64,000 bases of DNA from Harriotta raleighana (Eukaryota), in contig JBNZDD010013718.1 of the NCBI GenBank assembly GCA_050575255.1, forward strand, positions 6,174,334 through 6,238,333, given 5' to 3'. Shown here piece after piece: positions 27,228-39,631 of this stretch (its first letter is position 1; every line of letters begins with the position of its first letter). Below the pieces are notes generated by a model. That model made no database searches. It saw only the letters and a list, made by a program, of their open reading frames with translations, and had not been told where the DNA came from. Made by a program: the position numbers and the translations under genes.

Positions 27228-27620
27228 AAAATAATTCTTGCATTAGATATAGCGCCTTAACACATCATCAAAAAATTTCAAAGCGCAGGAGGCAAATCTT
27301 ATGGTGAATTTGTACACAGTAATGTCCCACATATAGCTGTGAAATGAATGACCAATTTTATTTGGGTGATTATCAGCCACGACAAAGGGAAAATCCCCTT
27401 CACTTTTTGGAATTATGGAATCTTCAACTTCCACCAGAACGCTCGGGTATTGGGGCCCTCAGTTTAATATCTCATTTGAAGAACAGCTCCTCTAGCACTC
27501 CCCCAGCATTCCACTGGAAGGTCGACACAGACTATGTGAGTCCATAGTCTCAAATTGGGATTTGAACCCACATCCTTTTTACTCATAATCAAGAGTTTTA
27601 GCAACTGAGTCAGTAGGACA
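27228..27620 (-). mobile_element. Near full-length long DeuSINE
   Basis: Head TGTCCTACTGACTCAGTTG...GTGGGTTCAAATCCC, body GAGATATTAAACTGAGGGCCCC, tail GGCGCTATATCTAATGCAAGAATTATTT. Confidence 0.8.
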
Positions 27621-30600
27621 TCTGGGGAATTAATTAGATACTTACAAATAAATTTCTAATTAATTTTGATTTCCATTTATACTCTACACATATCGTTTTG
27701 CAAACTCAAACTTTGTTTCATGTTTGTTAAACTTCAAAAAATTGTTATGCTATTAGGAATAATTAATGAATAGTTAATTAGACCATATGTTATTTTGATT
27801 ACATAACACAATTTATACAATTAAAAGCCTCCAAATCCCAGCTTTACAAAACAAGGACCAATCTATGGTATAAAATCCTGCAACACATTTAACAAGTTTA
27901 CTGTTGCATATACACTACCTTATTAAATATATATTCTGGCACATTATTATCAAACAGAAAGAATTTTATTAAAATACATTTTACTTGTGTAAAAATAATA
28001 CCATGTTACCTTACAGGTTTCTTGCTGTAAGAGTTCAACCTTTTGCTATTCCGATTTCTTTTGATAAAATGTCCTCATTATAAAACAAAACATGACTTAA
28101 CATTTGTCTGAAAGGTATGTGGTAGTATTCAAATAGTGTACACTGTTTGGTTGTGTAGTTCCTCATTAGACAGGTTCACAAATAAACTAAATTGATTTGT
28201 AGGATAGAGATTTGATGTTTAGAAGATGCACTTCCCATAAGTGTACAAAAGATGGAGCAATTAAATGGTGCAATACTTGTTCTGTTGCTCTCTATTTCAA
28301 TATATTTTAGATAAATGGTGGGTAAACACATTCTCACCATAGAAGAGGCTCCAGCTCTTATGCACTTTCATTGCCAGCAAAAACAAAATGACAGCAAATG
28401 TCAACATTCATTTTGTGTACATTAATACACTATTACCAGTGTATTAACATACATTGGTATTAACAATATATTAACATACACTGTATTGTATCAGTATCTT
28501 CTAAGATCTTCACATTCTGCCATCCTCAATTGGGAAATGGTGCATTGAACCCCAATGGATAACTTTTTTTTTGTGGAATAAGGCAAGGCAATGATTCACA
28601 TATGCAACAGAACTTGGATTCTCTTTCTTCAATATACCAATATTGTACAAACCTTCATAGAAGTTTACTCCAGTTTGTGGAAGATTCATTATTATACCGT
28701 TCCTTCATCGCCCATATCAATCAAGATCTGAAATAAAGCTATCACCTTAGCTGATGTTTGATGGGTCAAATACATAGTACTTGCTGAATTCTTGTCAAGG
28801 CATTTTCCTGTCTCATGGAAACAAATATGAGCAGTATAACAGATTGTTATCTGTGAGCAGGAATGGGAAAGAAATTAGTCATATCTTTACTTCTATCAAA
28901 ATTTCATCCGGTGTTCCATAACTGTGCATTTAACAGCTTAAATCAAAAAATCTTCCATTTAAAAAATATATAATTTAGCTCTCATGGGATGTTAATGAAA
29001 CAATTTTGTGTTGGTAATAGCTCCCTTTCAAATGATAGAGCTACTGATAAATAAATCGATTTTCAGTTCCTTGTTGATTGTTTTTTTTGCATTGATATTC
29101 ATTTCTAAAGATTTGGTGTATAATGGAGAGAATTCATGTTTTTATGTCAGCAATAAATACGAAGGAAACATAACATTAATAAATAAATATACATAAACTG
29201 CGCTAACCACTCCTTAAATCCAAGCTTCGTTTCCAGCCTGAAATATATTTTTGGGGGTTCCTGATCCAATAACTGGAGAGTTTTCAGATCCATGGTTGCC
29301 TGATATCAGCATAACGTTATCTCATCACCCCTGTTTCATGCTACGATTTATTGGGTTTGTGGAACAGCCCGCCTGCTGTGTACACTACACTCACAGCTAT
29401 AACATGTGTAATGTATAAGGCAGCTTACCAGCAATGAGGCTTCCAAAGCAACCTTGGGAAGAAACTTGAAAACAATGTGATTTTGACAACGTTAATTGCA
29501 AAACGCGTCTTGCTAACATCTCCCAAAGCAGAAGTTTCCTTCCTGGGATAATTGGAAAGGAGAATTAATTGGGGAAGTTAAACACGAGAGTTTTAATGTC
29601 CCCAAATAGGCACTAACTATTAAGATAAATAGACCCGAACAAGGTGATTTAGAAATATATGTTATGTAGTCTATATACATACTGGACTTTCTGTTAGGTT
29701 AGTTGTTCGTCGCATGATGTATTTGATTATTTCAATCTTGCTGTTGTAACTCACAATGTATTGCAACTAGCGGAGGCTTTGAGATTGTACAGTATAGTGC
29801 TTGAAATTCACACGACACCGCTGCTTTATCTGTGATTTAATCCGCCTGTGATAATCTCAGCAGCTGTAAATGTTTGCAGCATCCTCAAACACACGCACAC
29901 ACACAGACACACACACAGATAACAATCCTTTAACCACGTTATGACTTCAGATCAGTTTTCAGGAGATAATGCAGCGATGACTGTTTGTCAGGATAAAGCT
30001 TGTGTTACTGCCAATCAATTGGAACAGATAATCAGCAAAACGTTGTTTTTTTAAAAAAAAATAACAGATTGGAAAGTAGTGTTAGCTAAAAACTCCATCG
30101 TGTTTTTGGTCCAGGCTGGCGATGGATTATAAATCATTTTTTTCCACCATTTATCTGAGGTTGGCTGAGGGTGTGTATATTGCCTCTGTATTTCTTCTCT
30201 ATAAAGTTAACTGACCAGGGCAATCAATGTGAGTCGAAATGCTAAACTCTTTTACAATCTTTCGAAGTCTTCATTCCAGTTAGAGAGAGCTTGTGGTTTG
30301 CACTTCTATCCTGTGTGGGGAACAGTGGCGATCTGGAGATGTATTGTAATGTGCATTGGAGATGCTGGTATTGCGCGCTAGTTGACAGAACAAAATGGGA
30401 AACCCTATTAATTTGGGTTAATCTCGGATGGGACTGACTCAGCGGCTCATTGCAACACGTTCATGATGTTGAATAGAGTCAAGAATGTAAAACCAGAGGA
30501 AACCAATGATGTCATGAAAGAGCTTGGCAGATCAATACAGGCGAAACTAAATCTCTATTATCTCAAAGAGAGAGGCGCACAGACATTCTCACAACAGACA

Positions 30601-32680
30601 GGGTGGAATATTTGGCTGGTGGGGCTGCCGCCGCTAAAGTTTTTTTTTAAAAAAAATAATTAAAAATTTATATAGACGGTATTTGGCTTGGGCAGAATTC
30701 CCACGCAGTTTGTTTATGAGTCATTATCAGCAAACTCTGCAGAACCTATTATATTTGTGTCTAATTAAACTTCTGAAATTCTGGTTCAGTGTGTCAAAAG
30801 AACAACTATTACTTATTCTCGAGCTATAGGTCACCAATTCTGTTTTGAGACTTAGTCTAAACGTAGTCTAAGAGCTTTGTGTACAATGTAAATATAATAT
30901 TCTGCTCTGAATTTTACAACTATTATTTATTGGTTCCTCGCACACCCATAAATATGTTCAACGTGCAAATTAAAATTATTAAATGTTCTTACAGGTCATT
31001 CAGGATGGTTTAGTTGCGGTGTCTTATTACTGTAACACTCTGTATTATTTATCATTGCCTCCACCCCCCCGCCCCCAAAAAATCACCTTCTGTTAAAAAA
31101 ATAATTTGAATCCACAGAAGAATATAAAAACAAATAATGAACCGAAATAATTCCTGCCTATCTGTGATCTTTTGTTCTGTAATCTACTGCTCACTTCCCC
31201 TCTTACAGTCAATTCCACACATATCTTATTTCTGAGGCTTCTCGTATTCTTCTTCTTTTAAAATGTGTCCACAGGATTGCACCAAAAGGCATTATTACCG
31301 ACAGGAGTTATTTTTAGACCCAGAGGCAACCGTAACCTGTGCCTTCATTAATAATTTGAAGTCTTGGTTTATTAATGAGAAAGTTGTTTCCGGCAACAAA
31401 ACTTAACTGTTTGGTAGTTGCAAAAATATAACTTTCCCCACCCACCCCCCACCCCCCCTCCCCCCCCACCCACTTTAAAGCTGTATGTAACATTTGTGTT
31501 TTTTTTGGTAAATTTTGTAGCCTATCTTAAATGTGTTTAATTAGCGTCCCTAGTGCAAATACATTACCCGCCTCTCGTATTTGCAGGTTTCTTTCGCCAA
31601 TGCGGTGCTTATCATGCCAGGATTTTGGTGAATGATGAGACGCTTTGATACCACACTTGCTCGGCTGGTGAGAGTGAAAGTGGAGAGGAGGGGAAACCCA
31701 GTAACTTTTCACATTGGTGAGAAACATTTTCTTTCCCCCAAGATATATTTTTGAAACGCTTTAACGGCGTGAAATGTAACATTGCCTGCCTTGATAAGAA
31801 AGAAGTCTAAATTGAAACTGAAAAGGGGGTTTTCGGTGTAAAGCTGTGATATTTAGAGAATCAATGTGTCTGTGTGCCTTTTTCTATTCCCTGGTGAAAT
31901 AATGCCAGAGGCAAATAAAATAATTAATTAATCTCGGATTTGCTATCACCTTGGAAGCCATTATTGCCCAGGAAGGTGTTCATCGTCGACTAACTGAATC
32001 AATAAAGTCGGGGGTGATGTGAAGTGATATGTGGTCTAATGATAAATACGTTGTCGAAAACATTATGCTTAGCGAGAGAGGGCAATGGAATAGTGTAAGG
32101 CAAATTCCAGATTTAAATACTTTGATAATATCAATGTTCATACACACACATATGTGTGTGTCCTAGTTCTGGCCGGGTAATATGAGCTATTGATGTGCTA
32201 CAGCTACTGTAGTAATTACAGCAGCGGTTAGTTACTCCAACACTGAGGCTTTGAACAAGGAACGGAGGTTGATGGTGAATGAAAATCTGGACGTGGATGA
32301 AATGGATTTATCCCGGAATCCAGAACCTGGGGGTCTGGAATTCCGTCAGCAGCGACGTGGCTTATTCCGTCTTAATTAATCACATTAAACTGCAAACAAA
32401 GTGTCGCTTTTACTTGGGCTGACAATTATCCACTTGTCACCATCTCACGTGAATTTAACAGCTGGATGGGGGAGTGAGGTGGGTGGGGGGTGGGGGGGGG
32501 TGTGTGAGGGGAGAGGGTTGGGGCAAGAAAAGCAAATGAAAATCTGTCGTGGACGATTAGACAGGGCGCCTGGCGCATGACAGAGAAATATGATTTTCTT
32601 GTTGTTTCCTTGTTTTTTTAATATTAAAGAAAAACCCAACCCAACTGAAGGGAGGTTTGCAACCCAATTCTCTCCACCAC

Positions 32681-32707
32681 CAGCAGCAGCAGCAGCAGCA
32701 GCAGCAA
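32681..32707 (+). repeat. (CAG)8 microsatellite, non-coding
   Basis: Direct reading. Confidence 0.95.
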
Positions 32708-33371
32708 GGAAATTGTGTGAAGGTGGAAAACCTTAATTTGTCACGACAATGCTGTACCTAATAAGAATCCAACACAATGCATTGCTCAACTGTGCAATAA
32801 TTAAAATCCAAGTTTAGAATGGCCACCAAATGTACAGTACCACCCTGTGGAAAGTTTCTACATAACCCTGCTTCAATCACACCCCTCCTCTCCCACCACC
32901 CCCACACACACATACACACAAAGAATAAAATGATTGTCAAAAGGTGAGCTGCTTATTGTCGATCCTGTGATACCACTGGCAGTCAAAGGGTTAAGAGCAA
33001 GCTTGGCTGTATTGTTTCTAATAAAGCGTATTTAATGTTTTACCTTCAATGATATCACCACTTAAATCAGAAGGGAGGTACCACATTCCCCCCCCCCCTC
33101 CCTCCCCCTCAACAGAAGCGAATCAACCCTGTGCTCCTTAATTGATTTTAATGAAGTATTTCTCTTAATGACTGGGGAGGGAGGGAGTCATTACTCGAAC
33201 CTGGCCTCTAACCACAGAGCTTTAGCTGCCTCGCCTGGCTTCTCCCGTTAACTTCCTATCCCCAAACACCACTGGTCACATCTCTGTTCAATAAAAAGCT
33301 GATCGACCTTGTGGGCAGTACAAGTTTTTCCCTTCAAATTCTACAATTCTGTGCAGCCCCTCTCCCCACAA

Positions 33372-33452
33372 CCCCCACTCTAGCCCCTCACTCCCCCCAC
33401 TCTAGCCCCTCACTCCCCTCACCACTCCCCTCTCACCCCTCTCTCACTCCCC
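33372..33452 (+). repeat. C-rich tandem repeat, ~22-nt unit CCCCCCACTCTAGCCCCTCACT
   Basis: Two near-exact units plus degenerate units. Confidence 0.8.
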
Positions 33453-33749
33453 AACAGCTTAATTTATGCAAAATTAATTGAGATATTTTTTATACTTGAT
33501 ACGTTATAAAGTTAATGCGTAATTTATGTAATTAGTCAATTAACTATAATTCTAGCATATGTTCAAAATGCCCAGAAGGTGTTCTTTACAGGTAGTTATT
33601 TGTCGGGCGTTTTGATGTCATGAAAACCACCTAATTAATTTTATATGCATATTAATTTAGTATCTATTTAGTGGCTCCCTTTGTGATACCAGATTTAATA
33701 TTTATCTTTCCATCTTTTTTTTCTGTGTGTGTCTGTATGGGAGTGGGGA

Positions 33750-33817
33750 GGGGGGGGGGGGGGGGGGGGGGGGGGGNNNNNNNNNNNNNNNNNNNNNNNN
33801 NNNNNNNNNNNNNNNNN
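33750..33817. other. Poly-G run followed by an assembly gap (N, 33777-33817)
   Basis: Direct reading. Confidence 0.98.
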
Positions 33818-36800
33818 GGGAGAGGAAAGGCATCTAAGCTTCTTATTACAAGCAAGAGCAATTGAGAGAAGTGACTTTTTTTCAATTATTGAAACTGTAA
33901 CCGTCTCTCTTCCCCCTCCCCCTTCCCCCATCCCATCACACGGAGATCTGCTTATATAATAGGAGGTAAATTAATGAACATTTTAATTAATAAAATCGGA
34001 GCGTGGTAACCACTATGATAATGAGTATGTTGTAAAATATTCACTAATCCCGCACACTGTTATAGCCCTTAATTCTGCTCAGCACTAAAGGGCTTGGAGC
34101 TCGATAATGAGATACCTCTGTCTGCTAATTAATTGACAGTCTCCTGAATATTCATATGTGCTTGCTCCAATACGTTCCTAATTGTGCTGTAGAATGGATC
34201 TCAAAGGAAAGTAAATCGCCATAGACTTAATTAAAATAATGTATTCCATATATATCACATTGAAGGTGAGACATTTTCACGTCAAACATTAAGAAAGTGG
34301 CACCTGGCAGACAGGAGAAGATTTGTAACTGGTACCCATGTATGTTCTGCAAAAAGGCGGGACACAGCTTCCTTCACGTTTGGACATTGCTGGCAAAGCG
34401 GAATTTTGGGGGATCCCAAACCTCTAGTGTCTTTCTGTATGATTACTGTACTCGGGAGGAGGGAGCAGTTAGTGACAAAAACTTAAGGTTTCTTCTCTCT
34501 CTCTCTCTCTTTTCCCCCCACTACCCCCACCCCCCACACACCTCCTTCCCCCCCACCCCTCCTCCCCTCCCCACTCGCCCCACAATGTCTCTGTTGAGTT
34601 GCCTACCTGGTTCTCCACCATTTGTCTCGGCCTCTCTTTACAGTTCCCCCCTACATTATTACTCAATGTGCAAATTCGGTACACTGTATTTATCCAAATG
34701 TTTGCATTGACTGCGCGATTCGCACCGCGAGCAGTTGGTTAGCTTGTTTATTCATTAGCTTTGAAAATCTACATTGCCTGAAGATACATCAATAATATCT
34801 GGTGAAATGCGCAACCGTTTAACAGCCTGGGCTCAGCTGGGTTTATTTGCTGATTACAGGGTGGTAGGCAGGCAGACAGACGGCTGCCTCTGTCACACAT
34901 ATAAAAAAACACCCCATGAAAAAACATTTCCCCACACACAAAAAAAAACTCAACTCAACTTCATTCAATACAGGTGGTTGCAGAAGGCGTAGGGACACCA
35001 ATAAGAAAAAGGTTTTATTTCTTTCTCTCTCTCTTTCGTTGATTTATTTGCCCCGGCGACTTATCTTCCCATTACTCACACTTGATAAAGGGTTTCATTC
35101 ATTTAATTTTAGACGATTGCAACGGTGGTGGGTGGGGGGGGGGAGAGGGGGCGGAGGGGGAGAAATCCCGCGAAAAAAAAGTTTTTGTTTTTCAACTTGC
35201 GAAACGCACAGTTATTTCCTTCAAATTCTCTCTCCTGCAAAGTGAGGGAACCTTTGAAAGGAATATTTGATCCCATTGGTAATTAATTGGTGACTAATTT
35301 GTTGATCATCTTTGTGTCTGTGTGTGTGTCTGTGTGTGTGAGTGTGTGTGTGTGTGAGTGTGCCAGAGACTCGTATGGGATTTGGATCTTGTTCAACAAG
35401 GAATAACAGCCGTATTTTTATACACTCGGAACAGACTGTATGATTGTCACTGTTATGTGTTGGCACACTCACCCGCAGAATGTCGTGTTTTACATCTTTT
35501 TTATTTAAAAAAAAAACATTTCTTTTTGGGTGGTGCCGGATTTTCAAATGCGTTGAAAAAAAATGTGTTACCTCCCCCCCCCCCCCCCCCCAAAAAAAAA
35601 AACAGGCAGGCGAAGTTTTAAAATCATCATTATTGTCAAAACAAGCCGCCGCCGCAACTTATTTGTTTGGTAGCGGGCAGCGCAGAGAAAACAAAAGGAA
35701 TAACTGAGTTTCATTTGCCTGTAAAGACTGCTTTTGTAAATTCAGCCCCGGCTCATTGTTGCTTGCTCCTGGTCAGCCTCCCCTCCCTCTCTCTCTCTCT
35801 GTGCTTACCAACTTTGTGGGTGGCAGCAAAGTGTGTGGCTGTCATCCAAGCAGAAATAGCCTCTGCAAATTAGGAGAGAGAGAAAAATATATACAAACAT
35901 CTAGAGTTCGACAACGCAAGCTAGCAGCTCTGGTCAGCGCTTGGCGACATCGCTCTGACTGTTGCTGCTCGATATTAGCGCAAAATATTAAGGCGTTTGC
36001 GCGATTAACGGGTAAAGCCACCAGCGACTGAAGGGGAGGGGAGGGGGGGCAAATCAATGAAACGCAGGGGGGGGGAAATGGGAACAATAAAGAGTTTTGT
36101 GACACTAAACAAGAATGAACAACTTAAATATATTTTGCGGCTTAAGAGTTGATTCAACAACAAAAAAAAGCAATACAATATGTGACATTGACTCACTTTT
36201 TGAGAGCCTTCGCCTTATCAAACGCTATTTGGGATTGAATATGAACAGTCTTTCCAACCCTCCCATCCTCCCACCAACCCCCCCCCCCCCTCCTTTTTTT
36301 TAAACAACATTTGTTTCCTATTGTTTAGTGATGCAGCGTTTGAGGGCCGACGTGTGAAAGTGGCTGTTTGATTCGTTTTTCATCTCGCTGACCCTCGCCT
36401 TTGTCCTCTCTCACCCTGGGAATGTCACGCCTGAGTACTTCACTTTAAGATGCTTCAGAAAGTTGCTTTGTTATTCAGTTTCAGACACACACAAAATTGT
36501 TCACAGTCCCCTCTGTAAAAGATACTTGAAATTGCATCTCGGTTCAGAAGTGCAATGCAATTTAGCTGGGAGAACTTTTGTTCTGCTTTGTACAAATGAC
36601 CAACCAGTATACGCATTATACGGTTGATCTATCGCTACCTTTAACACGTACCTTACTGATACTGGCCACAAAAATCAGGTTAGAATAGCCATTGAGTTTC
36701 AAGATTAAGTTAGAAAAAGGAGAGGGAAAAAAATCCACACGTTAAGAAAGATTAACAGCGCAATATTGTTTTTTTCATCAGAAGTATTTATTTTGACATT

Positions 36801-38257
36801 TGTCTCTGACTGCGATACACATCGAGGTTGTTGTGCCCTTAATTTCCGAAATTGCAAACTTACTTTACAAGTGCATTTTCGAACTGTCGCTCCGGGGACC
36901 CGGTGGTGACAGGCAACAGAAATACGAGAGAGAGAAAAAAAAAGATTATGTAGTTTGTTTTAAGATGCTTTCGTACACAATGGACAATCGCTTTTCAAAG
37001 AAAGGATAAGTACTTTCACACCACCGAAGTGGCAGATTTTGTGAAAACGCAAGAGATCTGGACAATGCCCCCTGTTGCATGCGGTTGTGGTTCCCATACG
37101 CCTTGTATATCACTTTGGTAAACTTTAGCTGAAAGGCAGACGGATTGCAATCGAATGTCGCCAATTGTCAATACCCATAGTGTTTTATATAGATTATATA
37201 TATATATAAAGAGGAAGAAAAAGTCTCCCCCCCCCCCCGCCCCTCCAATCTAAAAAAATCTGAGATCGATGCTTTGTCTATTGCATGCGCAAACTCAGCG
37301 TGGAGTTGACTTTCTACATGGGAAAGTATGTTTTCAGACCAGGCTTTGTTTTGCAGCCTAGGAAACCGTAAGAAGCTGAATGGTACTTTCTCCCCCCACT
37401 CTGTTTTGTAAATATTAAGAGCTTTGCTAGTTTTCTACGTTTTTTCCCCCCCCACCCCTCTCTAACTCTCTCTCTCTCTCCCTCCTCTGTGTGTTTTNAC
37501 CCCTCTCTAACTCTCTCTCTCTCCCTCCTCTGTGTGTTTTTCCACCCAAAGCTCCCCAAACTACACCTGCGTGTTTAAGGCGTGTAAACAGAAGAGATCA
37601 AAACCAATATTGTGTTTGTCATTTGTCTGGTTGGCTTGGGAGTGCCTGAATGCGAATACAGCAGACTGTGGATTTATGGAAGAAATTACCATAAATTATT
37701 ACTAACCTGAAACGTGTGTGGTCTTGCTTGTGGGAAGAAAGCTTTAGCAAACCTTCCATGCAGAAACGTGGCACTCGGTTTGGGCTAAAGCCTAAACGGT
37801 TATTATAGCAAGTAGATTTCCATTTGTTTTTTGCATATTAATATAATTGACTTTTGAGCGTTTTTATGAGGTTTCCCATCCTTACCCTTTATCTTCATTT
37901 GCATTTAATTCTGGCATTGGATCATCCCCCCGTTAGTTTTGTGTCTGCACGCATATTAAAGACTAATTTTCTACCCAAAGCGTTTTAAAAAGTTTGTGCG
38001 AACCTATTTTCACTCCGATTTTTTTTCCTGATGTGTGAACTCGACATTGGTTGCTTCAAGTACTCCCAGTTAATACTGAAAATCGTGCTTCCGCATTTAA
38101 ACCAAGCGAGATCCGACTCGGTGTCATTTTAATATTAATGAAATTATTTAATCTCGGGAATAAGCGTGTTTAAGTTACGATTTGGTGAGTTACTGATCAG
38201 CACTGACTTTCCACACATTGTTTTGCTGCTACCTGTATCCAACTCAATAAAAATATA

Positions 38258-38290
38258 ATTATACATATACACGTATATACATACATACAC

Positions 38291-38321
<31 letters not shown>

Positions 38322-38425
38322 CTGTGTGTATCCCCATAAACCTCGAGTTCATTTGCATATATGTGTAGAATATATATATATATATATGATACGTATCATA
38401 TATACCACATAAATTATATATAAAT
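38258..38425. repeat. (TA)n/(TG)n compound low-complexity region
   Basis: Direct reading. Confidence 0.85.
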
Positions 38426-38939
38426 AAACATACAAGAAAATGAACGAGTGCCATATAGGAATCTGAGTTCAAATATTTCCGGCGCATTTCGAAATAGAAT
38501 ACTCGGAAAAAAAGTCACAAATTTCAAACTAGGTGGTTTTCACACACACACACACGCGTGTATAGGACAGTGCTGAACTTGCCTTATGCAGTACTTCAGG
38601 CGCTTTTACTTTATTTTACAACGCCTTCGCTAGATAACGCTGATCATTACATATTTTCTTTAGGTATGAGCGGAATCAATAGGCTAATACAACAGGTAAT
38701 TATACAGCTCATCACCAGACACAATAAACAGTCGGCTCTCCTCCACCACATTTCCATTTCAAAACACCGACTTTCGGCTCACTGTTCTCGACAGCTCCGT
38801 TTGTAAAGTGGGGGGAAAAGGCAGTGAGTAATAAGCGCACGTAGAAAGGTTAGCGCATACCTTCACACGCGGTTACTGGGTGCCATTACACTTCAATTCC
38901 GGTCTCTGCGTCTTTTCACAATTCGGATTTGACCCCTAA

Positions 38940-39130
38940 CTGTGTTGAAATGTAAATGATTCCTATTGGCCAAAGGTGTCCATGTAAATAGGTGTAAATG
39001 AAACCAGATTATGCCTTCCCCAAATGCGATTGTCATGTGATAGTCAGAGAGCCACATTAACGAAGCGCCCTACAGGGCTCCTTTTGCACATGTCACTACA
39101 TAAAAACTACCAGATGCTGCGAGGAGGACA
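38940..39130 (+). promoter_or_regulatory. Putative foxb1 proximal promoter
   Basis: Reverse CCAAT box (ATTGG, 38965-38969), three TGTAAAT copies (38951, 38983, 38993), E-box-like CATGTG/CACATG, and TATA-like CATAAAA at 39099-39105, about 530 bp upstream of the ATG. The TSS is inferred, not observed. Confidence 0.55.
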
Positions 39131-39567
39131 TGGAGGCTGCCAGTAGCTAAATCTGAGCATAAGAAGGTGGAAGATTTCCTCTCGCCGTTCGCTGCCGAGT
39201 GAGAAAGAGGGTGATTTTTTTTTTGCCAGCCTCCCCTCCTCCCCCCCCCCCCCCCCCCCCTCCCTCTCCCCTTCGCTTGCTTGTAAGTGAAGATCACAGC
39301 TCGGATTTTTTTTTAACAAAAACACACACACACACACACAGCGTCGCTGGTTTGTGTGTGGACTTAAAGTACAAGCTTGTTGTAGGGAGACCAGGTCCCG
39401 GCTGGAGATTTCAGGACAGAAAGCAGATTTCTCTCCCCCCTCCCCCTCCAAAAAAACGCAGAACGAATGCTGCTTGTGAACTTCTTCAAACTTTGAGGTG
39501 GGGGGAATTTTGATTTAGCCGTTTACAGTTTGATGAAAAGAAAGTTGTTTTTTTAAAATCTCATTTT

Positions 39568-39613
39568 TGTGTGTGTGTGTGTGTGCTGTTGCTGTTGTTG
39601 TTGTTGTTGTTGC
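39568..39613 (+). repeat. Compound (TG)n(TGC)(TTG)n microsatellite just upstream of the foxb1 ATG
   Basis: Direct reading; it ends about 18 nt before the ATG. Confidence 0.95.
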
Positions 39614-39631
39614 TGAGACTGAATTGTGACA

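Noticed and set aside
32681-32707. CAG repeat as a polyQ exon
   Set aside because: No supporting ORF or splice context.
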